From contig OZ024742.1 of assembly GCA_964016885.1 (NCBI GenBank), positions 211,110,001 through 211,174,000 on the forward strand: 64,000 nt of DNA. The letters are read 5' to 3'. This DNA comes from Eledone cirrhosa. Its lineage: Eukaryota. Every line of letters starts with the position of its first letter. The stretch's first letter is position 1. The notes under the pieces are model-generated. The model made no database searches. It had not been told where the DNA came from and saw only the letters and a list, made by a program, of their open reading frames with translations. Position numbers and translations under genes: made by a program. This document shows positions 25,148-38,134 of the stretch, piece after piece.

Positions 25148-26208
25148 GAAAAATGCGTACAGCAAAAAAAAGTAATATTGTTGGAATATAAACCTTTAAA
25201 AATACAGGACAAGAAACTAAAATAAAACTTTAAAAGAATAGGACAAGAAACTAAGATAAAACTTTAAAGAATTGGACAAGAAATAAAAAATTTTACAATA
25301 ATATTAGTGGCAAAATTTTTTTATTCGTTTCCTGTGCTATGCCCCAGTATCTTCTTGATTAGTGCATAATAATTGTCATGCTCTCATTGTGCGTTGCCCC
25401 TGAGCGGTTGGTTCTGGTTGGGGTTGGTTGGCTGAGCAGTTCTGCTCCGTCAGAATGACCAGTGCAAGAAGAATTGGCCGATGCAGCTGCAGGTCCCCTC
25501 GAAGAATGCACTTCTGGTCCCGCAACACCAGACGAAGATGGAGAAGACGACCGGGACAAGATGTCGACTCTGACCACCGACTACGGCACCTCCCTCAACC
25601 ACCGGTCCTCCCTCCCTCTGTCCCGTCATCCCTCGTCCTCCTGCTCCCCCTTCCTATACCAGAAAGCTGTGGCACGCATTCATCTGGACTGCCAGACTTG
25701 AACTCAAGGACAAGATGCAAGGAGAAGATGGACGGGTTGGTCAAGATCAAGGATGAGCGGGACGGCAAGACCTTCCGCTGCTGCTCAAGATCTGTGCTCA
25801 TGGGCCCATGGGTCCATTCACATTATGGATGACAGATGAGGCGTCTCGCCAAATGATGAAATAGGGGTATGGTTATGGCCCAATTGGTGTTCAAACCAGG
25901 ATCAAATGATCCCCCCGGTCTGACGACGACCTCTGAATGTGGAACCCAGAGCCTATGAATGTGGAACTCGATTTTTTACCAATAAAAATTTTGCCACTAA
26001 TATTATTGTAAAATTTTTTATTTCTTGTTCAATTCTTTAAAGTTTTATCTTAGTTTCTTGTCCTATTCTTTTAAAGTTTTATTTTAGTTTCTTGTCCTGT
26101 ATTTTTAAAGGTTTATATTCCAACAATATTACTTTTTTTTGCTGTACGCATTTTTCTGTACGCATTTTTTCTGTACGCATTTTTGCTGTACGCATTTTTC
26201 ATGTCACG
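25148..26208. mobile_element. Non-autonomous long-TIR DNA element carrying a GC-rich insert
   Basis: About 175-bp inverted repeats (25148-25325 and 25981-26156); right end has four ctgtacgcattttt repeats and ends catgtcacg. Confidence 0.7.
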
Positions 26209-26619
26209 TGGGTTTATGTATGTATGCGTGTGTTTATGTGTACGTGCATGTATATGCATGCATGGCGGGTGTTTCCACGCATGCACGTGTATATATGTAT
26301 ATAGATGTATATATTTAATTATTATTAATTTGAATAACCTCTATCATTTTCGTTCTAATCATTTATTTACATTATTCTTAACTAAAATAAAGTACCAGTG
26401 GGATAATTTATTCACTGGGATAATTGCTGGCCTTGTGCCAAAAGTAGAAACAATTATTCTTAACTCTGAAGCCGAGAATCATTTGGTTTCGTAAATAGAA
26501 TATTAATCTACGATTACATTTATACCATAAACGTGGTTTTCACTTTGCGTGTAATGTTTTCATCGCTCCACATAATGGTGTATTATCATTGCTTTTTTCC
26601 GTTCATTGCCAGGGATTAT

Positions 26620-26870
26620 CTCCACGAACCAAAGCATCGTCTTCCTGTTTTCCTTCAGTTGCAACGTTTTTCAAAATATTTACTTCTGCGTTCACAGATT
26701 GATTTTTTACTTTCAGAAGATCTTGTTAAGGGTGAAAGCAGTGATTCTTTGCTTAAACTTTAATCTGTTATTTTAATAAATATTTGCTCTAGGGTTCTTA
26801 TATATTTGATATATATTTATCCTTATCGAGCCCTCTTTGGATTTTAGTCTTCACATTTATTATTATTACT
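26620..26870 (+). repeat. Diverged inverted copy of 16277-16530
   Basis: Colinear match; ends in (TA)n. Confidence 0.85.
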
Positions 26871-27121
26871 ATATATATATATATATATATAAATGTATGT
26901 ATATATAGGATAACAAGTTATTGTTTTAGGTAATCCAGTTAGAGGTTGTGAGTACTCTGTACTGTGGATAGTATTAACGTACGGCGTTGTTTGACTCAAC
27001 AAGAGGTTTCCATAGTTAGGTAACAAGTTTGTGAGAATTCCCATGCAGGTTATTCTTGCAGTAATAGTAGTGAAAGATCGAAGAATAACATGGTCAGCTG
27101 TACAAAAAAGGTTTTATTTAT

Positions 27122-27232
27122 AGTATTAACAATTGTTTCATTGATCAGGTGAGTCTAAAGGCCGCTAATCACCCGAAGTTGCGTCACTTGACCTTAAATA
27201 CAGTGTCTCTCTGATCAAATCATCGGAATACT
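27122..27232 (-). ncRNA. Type I hammerhead motif with CCGAUGA core and long stem II
   Basis: Minus strand agtatt-CCGATGA-tttgatcag...ctgatcaat-GAAA-caattg-TT-aatact. Confidence 0.7.
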
Positions 27233-27327
27233 GGAGGGTTTAACACATGGCATTGGTATTTATAGATACATCGGAGAATCAAAACAATAACATCAATAAT
27301 AAAAGATAAGAAAAGATAATAATAAAG

Positions 27328-27362
<35 letters not shown>

Positions 27363-27799
27363 GTAGACCTAAGAAGACCTGGGATGAGGTGATAAAGGCC
27401 GAACTTACCCAATTGCACCTCTCAAGGGCAATGACACACGACTGTGACCTCTGGCGTCACGCAGTAATACAGAAGACCCGAACCCCCACAGGAACAAGCC
27501 GAAGCTGAAGCATATAAATATATAAATTAGTAACCTTTGCTGTATCTTTGACAACAGAAAATAGTCTAATTTAAAAAATGGATAACAGCAAATATGGAAA
27601 TCGAAAATAAATGTTGTGGATTCACTTCCCTTGTATGCTGCTGCTCATTTTTTTTTTTTCGGACTGGGGGCCTGTACACCCTATTTTTGGACGATGAAAG
27701 CTATCAATTCAATTCAATCGTCGTCTTCTAAACACACGTGATCGCTTACATATAGGTTACATACAATAGTTTATAACTTTGCCTATTAATCCATATGGT

Positions 27800-28180
27800 G
27801 AGCAAATGGGATGTTACGTGCTGGCCTCACACCTGCCGCTGGACAGCTCAGTGCCTATGGTGGTGAATAGGGAGGTAGCCCTACGGCCAAGGACACCAGA
27901 AGTCTCCACTGCCAAGGGCACGACTGCGAACCTGTCGGAGAGCGACCGGTACTTGAAGAGTTTGGCCTCCTCAGCCCAACGTGCATCAGTTCCTGGGTTA
28001 GTCACAGACTGCACCAGGTTGCAGCTGGAGAAAGTGTCGCTGCAAGTGGCATCCCAGACGAGGGGTTTGCCACTGCAGAACGGGAAGATAGTAATACCGT
28101 CTGGCCTTTTGTCATCCCCTCGGTCCAGCCCCACTGGCTCAAGCTGGGAGAGGAAGCCAGCAGCGCCCAAGCCGATTCCT
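27800..28180 (-). mobile_element. CRE-clade non-LTR retrotransposon fragment (restriction-like endonuclease)
   Basis: LEPVGLDRGDDKRPDGIT..PF.SGKPLVWDAT.SDT...AEEAK..KY...PLAVETSGVLG. Confidence 0.8.
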
Positions 28181-28224
28181 TAACTCCCGAGGGAGTCATA
28201 GGGGTGGTGCCATATTGAGAGGGT

Positions 28225-30835
28225 GCCAGATCGCTCGGAGGTATAGGGTTCATCGTAAGCAAGGAATGGGCTTCGAAGGTCGCTTCTTGCCAGTTCATAT
28301 CATCATGGATTGGTGTACTGAACGTGAACCTCTCAGGGAAGGCCACTCTCAAGATTGTCCAGACCTACGCTCCCACAAGTGCCAGCGACGATGATGAAGT
28401 GGAAGAATTCTATTGCCAGCTAGACAAAGTGCTAGCTGTGAAGTCCACTTACACCGTCGTGATGGGAGACTTCAATGCAAAGGTCAGACAAGGACGGCAA
28501 GGGGAAGATTATGTCGGGAGATTCAGCCTAGGAGAGCGAAATGAGAGAGGAGAGCGTCTGGTCACCATGGCGGAGGCGAGATGGCTCTACATCGGAAACA
28601 GCCTATTCAGGAAGGAGGAGGAGAAGAGAAGACCTGGGTATCGCCAAATTCTGAGCACCAAATCGAGATCGACTACATCCTGGTCTACTGCAAGATGTCT
28701 CTGTCATAACGCCATTCAACACTGGCAGTGATCATCGTCTGGTGAGGGCGAAGGTCGTCATCGACCGGACAGATGAGGGAGAGGAAGGCGCTGCATTTGG
28801 TGTTGAAGGGAGAACGCGTCCAAGTCTTCAACGAGGTCAGCTGCAAGAAGCCATCATGCAGGAAAACTGGCGTCAAGGAGACGGCATAGACGCTGACTAC
28901 GACTCACTGATAAGGAAACTGAAGGAGTGCGTGAGGAAGGCTAAGGGTATGTGCCAGAGGGAGCGGAAGGGAAGAGTCTCGGAGGAAACTATGAAGTTGC
29001 TTGAGAAGAGGAAAAATATGAAGAGGACACCTGAAGATCACCTCGAATATTCCCTTCTCAGCAGAGTGATACGTCAACAACTGAAGAGAGACTTCGAGGC
29101 ATACTGAATGGAGAAGCTCCAGAGGAAAAGAAGAGCCTCAAGAAATGCGAGAGGGACATGGCAATGTACAGATCAGAGGTGACGACCCTGAAGAACACAG
29201 CTGGAGTACCGGTCAGCGACAAGAGTGAGGTGGAAAAGGTTTGCGAAGATTTCTACACCAAGCTCTTCAAGTCTGCCGGGAATGTGCAGCCGTTGCCGTC
29301 ACTCCAACAGGAAGAAAATGTGCCACCCATCCTTGTCAGTGAGGTCGAAAGAGCCGTCGGCTTGATGAAAAGCGGAAGAGCACCAAGTAAAGACGGCATA
29401 ACATCGGAGGTGTTGAAGTCAGGCGGAGAGCAGCTCTGGAAAATCCTCGCTGACTGATTCACACACTATCTGGACGAGGGAAGAATACCCTCGCAGTGGA
29501 AAGAGTCGAATACCATCCTGCTATACAAGAAGGGCGATAGAGAAGATCTGAAGAACTACCGACCCATATGCCTGCTGTCTCACGTTTACAAGCTGTTCAC
29601 GAAGATAATCCTGAACAGGTTATCACGTCATCTGGACGAACAGCAACTGAGAGAGCAAGCCGGCTTCCGGAAGAACTACAGCACAATGCACCACATATTT
29701 ACTCTGACACAACTGCTTTTTGCATTGCATTCGTAGACTACGAGAAGACCTTCGACAGTGTCAAAATCAATGCAGTGCTGAACTCGCTGCAGAGGCAAGG
29801 AGTCGAGGTTCAATACGTTCAACTGCTCAAGGAGGCGAATTCCGGATGCACCACCGACATAGCTCTGCTGTCCTCACCCGTATGAGTGCTGCCGGTCGAG
29901 AAGGGAGTGAAGCAAGGAGATACGATCTCTCCAAAACTTTTCACCGCGTGTCTCGAGCAGATCATCAGAGGCATTGACTGGCAAGGCGGTGTCAATATCA
30001 ACAGCGAGATACTTACCCACCTCCATTTCACTGATGACATCATACTCATCGCTGAAACCACGGATCAGCTTCAGACCATGCTGACGGAGCTCAACATCAA
30101 AAGCTCTGCAGTAGACCTCAAGATGAACCGCATGAAAACAAAGTTCATGCGGTCCGACAATGTACCAACAAGTCGATTGGTGGTTGGTGGTGATGAAATA
30201 GAGGAGGTGGAGGAATACGTCTACCTAGGACAAGGAATGAACATGCGCCGAGACATTGAGAGGGAGATCTCGCAAAGAGTAAGGGCCGTATAGAAGGCGT
30301 TCAATGGCATAAGGGATGTGCTCAAGGGGAGGTTGGACAAGACCACCCGCGCCAACCTCTTCAATAGCACAGTTTTACCTGCAATGTTATATGGCAGTGA
30401 AACTTGGGCTACAACGAAGAGAGAAGAGCAGAGGCTGGTAACGGCTCAAAGAGCCATGGAGAGATCAATGCTAGGAATCTCGTTGAGAGAGCACATCAGG
30501 AGCGAAGTCATCAGACAGAAGTCTGGCGTGAGGGACGTCATCACGGAATATATGCGCAGCAAGTTCAGATGGGCTGGACACGTCGCCCGGTTCACCGATA
30601 ATCGGTGGACCCGCGCAATTGCCGAGTGGTACCCGCGCGAGCGGAAACGACCACTCGGAAAGCCTCCACAAGGGTGGAGTTACGATTTTAGGAATATGAT
30701 TGGGACTACATGGATGAGGAAAGCACGATCCAGAGAGGAATGGACGGCGTGCTGTTACCAGCAGCGCCGAATGGACGCCCGACAGACTGGTCGGTCAAGG
30801 TGATCAAGGTGATGATGATCATCATCATCATCATC
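28225..30835 (+). mobile_element. RTE-clade LINE, near-complete ORF2 (EN+RT), degenerate
   Basis: YAPTS, MGDFNAKV, GERNERGERL, KKGDREDLKNYRPICLLS, KGVKQGDTISPKLF, FTDD, YVYLG, YGSETW, RWAGHV; tcaaggtga tail repeats. Confidence 0.92.
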
Positions 30836-31729
30836 ACCGTTTAACGTCTATTTTCGATGCTTGCATGGATTAAACAGATTGTCACATACTGAAGCTAGAC
30901 TGGTTAGGTGACTAAAGTAATCACTTTATGGAGTGTAGTGGGTGCATTTATCATGGCACCAGCACTAGAAATGTTGTCAGTATTAACTTAAATGAAGAGC
31001 CCTCCCTACGCAAAGAGAGGTGGGGTGGATGATTCCAGATGGTGGAGCAGAGTGTGTCATGGGTGTGTGCCAAATGTGATTTGACAGGATGAGTAGGAAG
31101 GGAAGAGTGACCTCTAGTAGTGTAGGAGGTACTGCAATAATAGCTACTAAGGGGCTTTGACTAGTGTGTCAGGGTTTTTGAGGGAGTGGTGATTGTGGCT
31201 AGAATGGGAGAGGGCTGGGTAGAGTGTGAATGTCAGGATTTTAAAAAGGTGGAGGAGATAAGAGAAAAAGAGGAAGGGTACAGTGATTCTGAGAATAGCT
31301 AGTCAAAGATGGGAGGAGACACGTGGATGGGCCAGGTCAGGTCACATTTTATGATGTTAGGTGTCACCAATCCTCGCAGTCCTTTGTCATTTCTGTTGTA
31401 AGGTTTAGATTCTTAAGGTCTTCTCTACCTCATTAAATGTCTTTCTGAGTTTTCAATGAGTCCCATCCGCTGAGATTTCTCTGCACTTGTCTATACAGCT
31501 GTCATCTTCTATATACATCACATGTCCATACCAACACAGTCTTCTCTCTTGCATACTACACCCAATTCCTCTTATGTCAAATTTTTCTCTCAGCTCATTT
31601 ATCATCATCCGCAGCCTCAGCTAAAATCTACTCAACAATTGATCTCCACGTGGGTCTGTCATCCATTACCGTTGCCAAGTCCTGAATTTCAATACCAGAA
31701 TCTCTGGAGATGACATCGGGATAGGAGAG

Positions 31730-32300
31730 CTTTCACCTCCTGTTATTAGTGACTGCTTGTGGTTTCCAGCACACCAGTGGGGACACAGCCTCAGAGATTG
31801 GACGATGGTAATGGCCAGCAAATCTTATTCTCCTTTTACATACAATGACAGATATGAGTGGGAGGCTGGCATATATTTCTTTCAAAGTTAGATGCCACCA
31901 GCTTATGTTCTGAATGAGTCGAAGTAGGCAAGTGTAGGTGCTATCATGCACACTGACATTACACATCCATCAGAGTATACTTGCTTTATATCTTTCTAGC
32001 CTTCACAGGTCTGCAGTGAAGGTCCATGTCTCATTGCAATGTAGTGTTGCAGTTCACATGCATGCATCATACAATCTACTCTTTACTCTAAGAATGAAAC
32101 TCTTTATTCTCAGCAGAAGTACCAGCTCCCATTCAGTACCTTCTTCCAGCCCATCTTGGCCATCACTTTCAGAACATCTTCTTCCACTGCTGCATACAAA
32201 GTGTATCTTCTCCATTAACCCACCTGTAATCCCACTACATCTCCTGCATGTCTGTAAATTACAATGTTTTCATTTCTGCCCAAGGTCACTTCCCTGACAG
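31730..32300 (-). mobile_element. Nested degenerate RTE fragments
   Basis: RRIRFAGH on the minus strand; neighbouring sequence resembles the RTE at about 10200-10700. Confidence 0.6.
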
Positions 32301-33643
32301 TATCAGCTTCCTGTCTTTAGCTTTTATGATACTATTCCCCCCTTTAATTCTACCACCATGTCTCTTTCCATTTTTCTGGGATATTCTCCCAACCACAGAT
32401 CTAGTTTTGAAGGGAGAGAGACTGTTTAATATATTTTTTTTTAACCGTCTTTGGGCTCTTATCTCCTGATGGAATTATAGGGGTGTCATTATTATATATA
32501 GCATGACTTGCGCATGTTACACCTAGCAAAACCATTCCTCCTCTATGTCTGAACACAGTTAATTTCTTCCAGAAAGAGAGATAGAGGAAACATTGACTCC
32601 AGTACTAAACTGGTCATTTATTTATTGAAAGGATGAAAAAAAGCAAAGTTGACCACAAGAAGATTTGATCTGAGAGTATAGATAGCTGAAATGAATATCA
32701 TAAAGCATTTTATCCAATGTTCTAACAAATAGGAAATTTTAAAATGATGGATGAGAAGGATCAATAACTAGCTTAATTATTAAATCTGGGTAAGAAAGGC
32801 AAAGAAGATAACCACAAGAATGTCAGCAAATTAAAATAAATTTAAAATAAAATGCAGTGAGAACGGACTCTGAACTTTGGCAATGCAATAACACCAAGCT
32901 TGTTGTCAATAAATGTAGTCTTGTCTTTTTATTGAGACTTATTCTTACCTCTTCAATAACTTAACTATTGTCGTCGCTAGTATGGGTTGGAAGGGTTGTC
33001 CCATTTCAGGCAAGTTGGGTCAGGTGACCGTGTCCTGCTCATACAGAACCGTTTCTGACTAGATTTCTTCAGCTGGATGCCCTTCCTAACACCAACCACA
33101 TTCACAGTGTATGCTGGGTGCTTTTTGCTGTGATGTTTATACAACCACCTTACAATGTGGGCTTGGTGCTTTTTGTTGTGTCACCTATATGACCACTTTA
33201 CAGTGTGGACTGTGTGCTTTTTGTCATGACACCTATTGTGTTACTCTAAATTCTTATAAGTTGTTGTATCATATGCTCAGGTAACATTATATTTCCATTT
33301 ATAAAGTGAATTGAAATGTGAGAACAGTTGTTGTTGTTTTAAAGAAAGAATTGTTGTTCTCTTAATCTTAAATTAAAGTGATATTATACATGAATAAAGG
33401 CATAATTTCATATCTAGAAATAGATACTTAATATTTTTATATACATTAATAAGATACAACTAACAATTTTATGGTATCTCATTTTGGTATTTCCACCCAG
33501 AAATCTATTGAAATAAATTATAAGTTACTAAATTAAGCAAATATAATTTGATAATTTTTTTCTACATATTTCCTTTTTCAATCTGATATTATATATAACA
33601 TAACTAAAAGATATTCAACTGTAATAGCTGATGGGTTAAGATG

Positions 33644-33820
33644 CAGACCTGTCAACTCTCCCCGTCTGACGGGGGGAGATCTCCCATCTACTTTGGGGTA
33701 GGTGAGTGATGTCTTCTCTTGTGAAAATGGGTATAGCTTTAATTATGTAAAATCTCCCCATTTTGAGGCACTTTTGTTCATGGTACTCCCCATTTGAGTT
33801 TTTAGAGGTTGGCAGGTCTG
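33644..33820. mobile_element. MITE with CAGACCTG(T/C)CAAC TIRs
   Basis: TIR pair; a second inverted copy lies at 54380-54552. Confidence 0.75.
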
Positions 33821-34333
33821 AAAATGTTCAACTTACTTACAAAAAAAAAGAAAAAAAAAGAAGAAAAAAAAGAAAAAAAAAGAAGAAAAAAAAGAAAAAA
33901 AAAAGATTATTATAACTTGTAGAACCTGTAGATATTCCATAGTTTATAAATGTTCTCATTTTTTTTTATCCATAAATGTATTGATCATTATAACATTGGT
34001 TTAATTTGGATAACATCTTTGCTTTTGTTTCATAGTTAAGGTTATTGAAAGCATAACACTCAAACTTGTTTCATTATTATAAAGATTTCAGTTATGTATT
34101 CGATGTTGTCCTGTAGTCATGGTTGCTTAAAGTGCTACATCTGAACTTTATTCCTTATGTTAAAGATTTCAACTATGTTTTCAATTTCATTCCATAATTT
34201 AGTGTAACACTTAAACACATATCACCACAAACAGAATAATATTATAGTTAGTGGCTTTTAAATCAACTAAACATCTACACTATTTGTTAGCTCCCAGTTA
34301 TTTCATCCCAGATACAGTAGATTTTCAGTTTAA

Positions 34334-34554
34334 CCCTTTAGTATTTACATTACTCTATATATACTATTGTATTTTTGTGGTAAAGGCTTTATCTTGCATA
34401 ATTATATCACATTATATCGAATCTATGAGATTTTGATGTTATTTATTTTGAGAACAATACCTTAACATCAGTATGAGCAGCCAGTTATGACCGGTTTGAA
34501 CAGAAAGAGGTGAGAATATTCTTGCTGGATATGACCGATTTAAATGCTAAAGGG
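34334..34554. mobile_element. piggyBac-type MITE
   Basis: TTAA|CCCTTTAG...CTAAAGGG|TTAA. Confidence 0.8.
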
Positions 34555-35499
34555 TTAACCCCTATTCTCACAAAATTCTTCAACAGTTCATTCTCTCTCT
34601 TTCTCTCTTATGAGTACTTACCCACAAATCAGAAAAGCATCTCTGTCTACTACAGTTGTGCCTAATGGCCCCGTTTTCTGACGTCCAGTATTATATGCTG
34701 ATAGAAGCAATACAACTATGTTCAGACCTAGAGAGGGAATGGTTTTGCCAGGTTTAATATGTCCAATCTCATACACGACATACTAGAAGTAGCTTGCCCT
34801 TGAGAATCTCAGCTAAAGCAAAGTTGTTGCCCTTGATGTTCATAAAATCTTTTCATGAGAATCTCTTGGAAAAGCTATCTGCCTATCAACATTACACATC
34901 ATGTTGAATGTCTTTAACCCTTTCATTATGCAATTACAGAAGTTGTGAGAAAATAGAATCATTTCCTTATGAAATATTTTAATTTAGTGACAAACCAAAA
35001 GAATGTATGACTGTACGTAAGCAAGATGCAGACCCTCTCGCTAACCTGTCTGGAAGGCCAGTAGCCCTGCATCAGTATTGCGTGGTCTATGTAGACCTGT
35101 CTGATCCTTGCTTGTAGCGGAAATGGACATTAAATGATGATTATGATGAAAAATCAAAAGACCGTTTTATTCATGACTAACAATAAAAGCAAGGTGTGTA
35201 TGTGGGGGTGCAATAAAATCCTATATTAGAGAATTAAATGTTCTCCTTTCTCATATACTGTAAACTACTGGAAAGCCTTTCAGTTGATCATCTGTCCTCT
35301 ATCAGTGCTACTACTTCTACAACTACAGGATCTTTGAAGATCATTAAGAATTTGTAAATTAGTTCAATTTTTAATAAATTGTGATTAAAATTTTTTTGAT
35401 TGGTTGTATAAAATCACTTTTTTAATTATTAACCTATGTAAACTTGAAAATTAAAATATTTAATACTGTAATAGAAATTAAAACAAATAGGTTGGAAGT

Positions 35500-36325
35500 G
35501 GTATCAAGACTGGTGGGTGTAAAATGAGTCGGCTGGAATTTTCAGATGACATGGTGTTACTTAACTCGACAGAAGGTTATCTCTGACTTGCACTCTATAG
35601 GTTTGATGCCAAGTGTTGCATGGTCGGAATGAAAATTAGTGCTGTGAAAACTGAGACACTTGTCCTCTCAAGGAAGCCAGTGCAGTGCACTTTACATGGG
35701 AATGGAGTTCCACTGAAGCAGGTAGAGAAGTTCAAATATCTCGGGGTCGTATTCACGAGTGATGGAAGGCAGGAGGCTAATAAAGTGCAAGAATTGCAGG
35801 AGCTGGTGCAGTAATACCCCAGCTTCAGCATTTAGTAATCAGAAGAGAGGTAGGCATAAAAGCCAAACTCGCTATCTTCAATTTGGTATTTGTGCCAACC
35901 CTTACCTATGGTCATGAATCTTGGGTAATGACCGAAAGAATACAATCACAAATACAAGCAGCTGAAATGGGGTTCTTTTGAAGGGTCTATGGAGTAATGT
36001 TACTTGATAGAGTGCATAGCTCAAGTCACTCTAGGTAGAGCCATTACTTCTCCAAATTGAGAGATTACAGCTCCAATACTATGGGCATGTGGTTAGAATG
36101 TCTCAGGAAAGAATCGCTGAACAGCTTTTACGGGCAAAACCAACCCACAGGAGACCCAGGGGCAGACGTCCAGCAAGATGGTTGGATAACATCCATGGCT
36201 GGTCTTGCTTGGGGATCCAGCTGGATCTGTTGGAGACGGTTGCTTCTGACAAGACCCACTGGAAGGAGTGTTTGAGGACTCTGCTCCCACGACCCTCTCA
36301 GGAATAAGTGGGCGAAGATGAAGAA
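35500..36325 (+). mobile_element. RTE LINE 3' fragment
   Basis: FSDD, FKYLGVVFTSDG, TYGHESW, RPRGRRPARW; (GAA)n tail. Confidence 0.85.
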
Positions 36326-36369
36326 GGTTTAGTATTTTAATGTTTTTGATAAATTATAATGATATCCTA

Positions 36370-36560
36370 TTTAGGCATAAGGCTAGCAATATGGGAAAGG
36401 AGAAAGTCGATTATATCGACCCCAGTACTTGACTTGTACTTTATTCTATCAAGCCCCTGAAGTATGAAAGGCAAAGGTGATCTCGGTGGGATTTGAACTC
36501 AGAATGTAAAGAGCCAGAACAAATACTGCTAAGCATTTGTTTGGCACTCTAATGATTCTG
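36370..36560 (-). mobile_element. Meta-domain SINE
   Basis: tgaaaggcaaag...gggatttgaactcag block shared with the other copies. Confidence 0.7.
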
Positions 36561-37707
36561 CTAATTACTTGATAAATGCTAACAAAGAATGTATCACCAC
36601 TCAAACACAGACAGGAATAGTTTATTAAATGGTAGAAATTGTAATAAGAGCTGCTTAAAATATGGCTGCTAGTGATATATCTCTTCTTTAAATTGATTAA
36701 AGGATACTATCTAAAAATGTTTCTATCACAACAATATCTGCTTCATCAGGACTGACCTGATATTAAACAATAACAAGAACACACCACACCACGTCTTCAC
36801 TACTGGTGAGCAATATACAGGTATAACTTTCACAACTCTACAAATGGTAGCTTTTACAACTTTATTATTATCATATATTCTTATAGAAAACACCAAGCAA
36901 AGCTTCTTTTAATGTTAAAAATCAAATATCACTTATCTAAAAATACATCATCATCATCACCAACATCCCTCATCTCCCATCAATACCACTGCTTTATTTT
37001 TATTTTCCATGCTTAACCAGGTGTACATGTTTAGCCCATTTTTGTCATGGTTACTGTGACTGCTTACGCTTCCCAATGCCAACCACTTTACAGTGTGTAA
37101 TGGGAGCATTTTAACATGGTGCTAGATAATTGGTGATATGCTCTACAACTGACTAGTCCATCCAGTAGCAACTTGGAAATATAAGTGATGGTGGCTCTAG
37201 TGGTGGTAGTGGTGTATCCATAAAAATAATTTAGGAAATGAAATAATTTTAGCTCTTACGTTATAATAATCATTGAGCTATTATTATAGAATTAGTTGTA
37301 TTCATCATGATCTCTTTACATCACTTTACATCACTTGGTATAAGAGAAATTAACAAATGTATAAAGAAGGATACTAATGATGATCTGCATTAGGAGAAAA
37401 ATAATGAAGTTTATAAAATAACTAAGCTTGTGTGGAGTGAGAAGATTTGAGTTGTGACTCACCCCTTGGAACGCTTCTTTAAAGAAATGAGAAGTGTGTT
37501 GGAATACTGTGAATAAAGTTGAGGTTTCTAAGAAAAAGTAAGGAGAAAGGTGACTGACCAGAAGCTTATTTTACATAGGTTTGTCAAAAGATTAACTTGA
37601 TCCATTTTCTCATCTGTTATTTGTTTGCTTATATTGTACAGCCAATGAAATGTGAGCATAAACTATATTGTAAAATACTGTGACATGTTCAGACATTAGA
37701 AGTTCTT

Positions 37708-37960
37708 TATCTTCTTCACCCACTTATTCCTGGGGGGATTGTGGGTGCAGAGTCCTCAAACACACTTTCCAGTGGGTCCTGTTAGAAGCAACCGTCTCCA
37801 ATTGGTCTGGCTGGATCCCTAAGTAAGGCCAGCCGAGCTCATGGATGTTATCCAACAATCTTGCTTGAGGTGTACGCCTGGGTCTTATACTGGAGCAACT
37901 CCTGATCTCCAAGTTACATACTTTATTTAGTAATGTTACTCCTAAGACCCTATTGACCCC
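37708..37960 (-). mobile_element. RTE 3' fragment (same family as 35500-36325)
   Basis: LGIQPDQLETVASNRTHWK matches the 36089 ORF. Confidence 0.8.
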
Positions 37961-38134
37961 CAATAAACTGAAGGGTCATTAGAAATTAATAATATTTAAA
38001 CTGCCATGAAATATACCCTCTTAAATTACACAATAGTCAAAGAAAAACAATTAGATTCCAAGCAGGCAATGAATTGGCAGAGTGTAGAAGAAAATACTTA
38101 ATGATACTTGTTCTCACTCTCAGCAATCTAAGTT

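Noticed and set aside
37463-37613. Possible TCAIM exon 4 with good splice sites
   Set aside because: In-frame stop in the required phase and no similarity to TCAIM.
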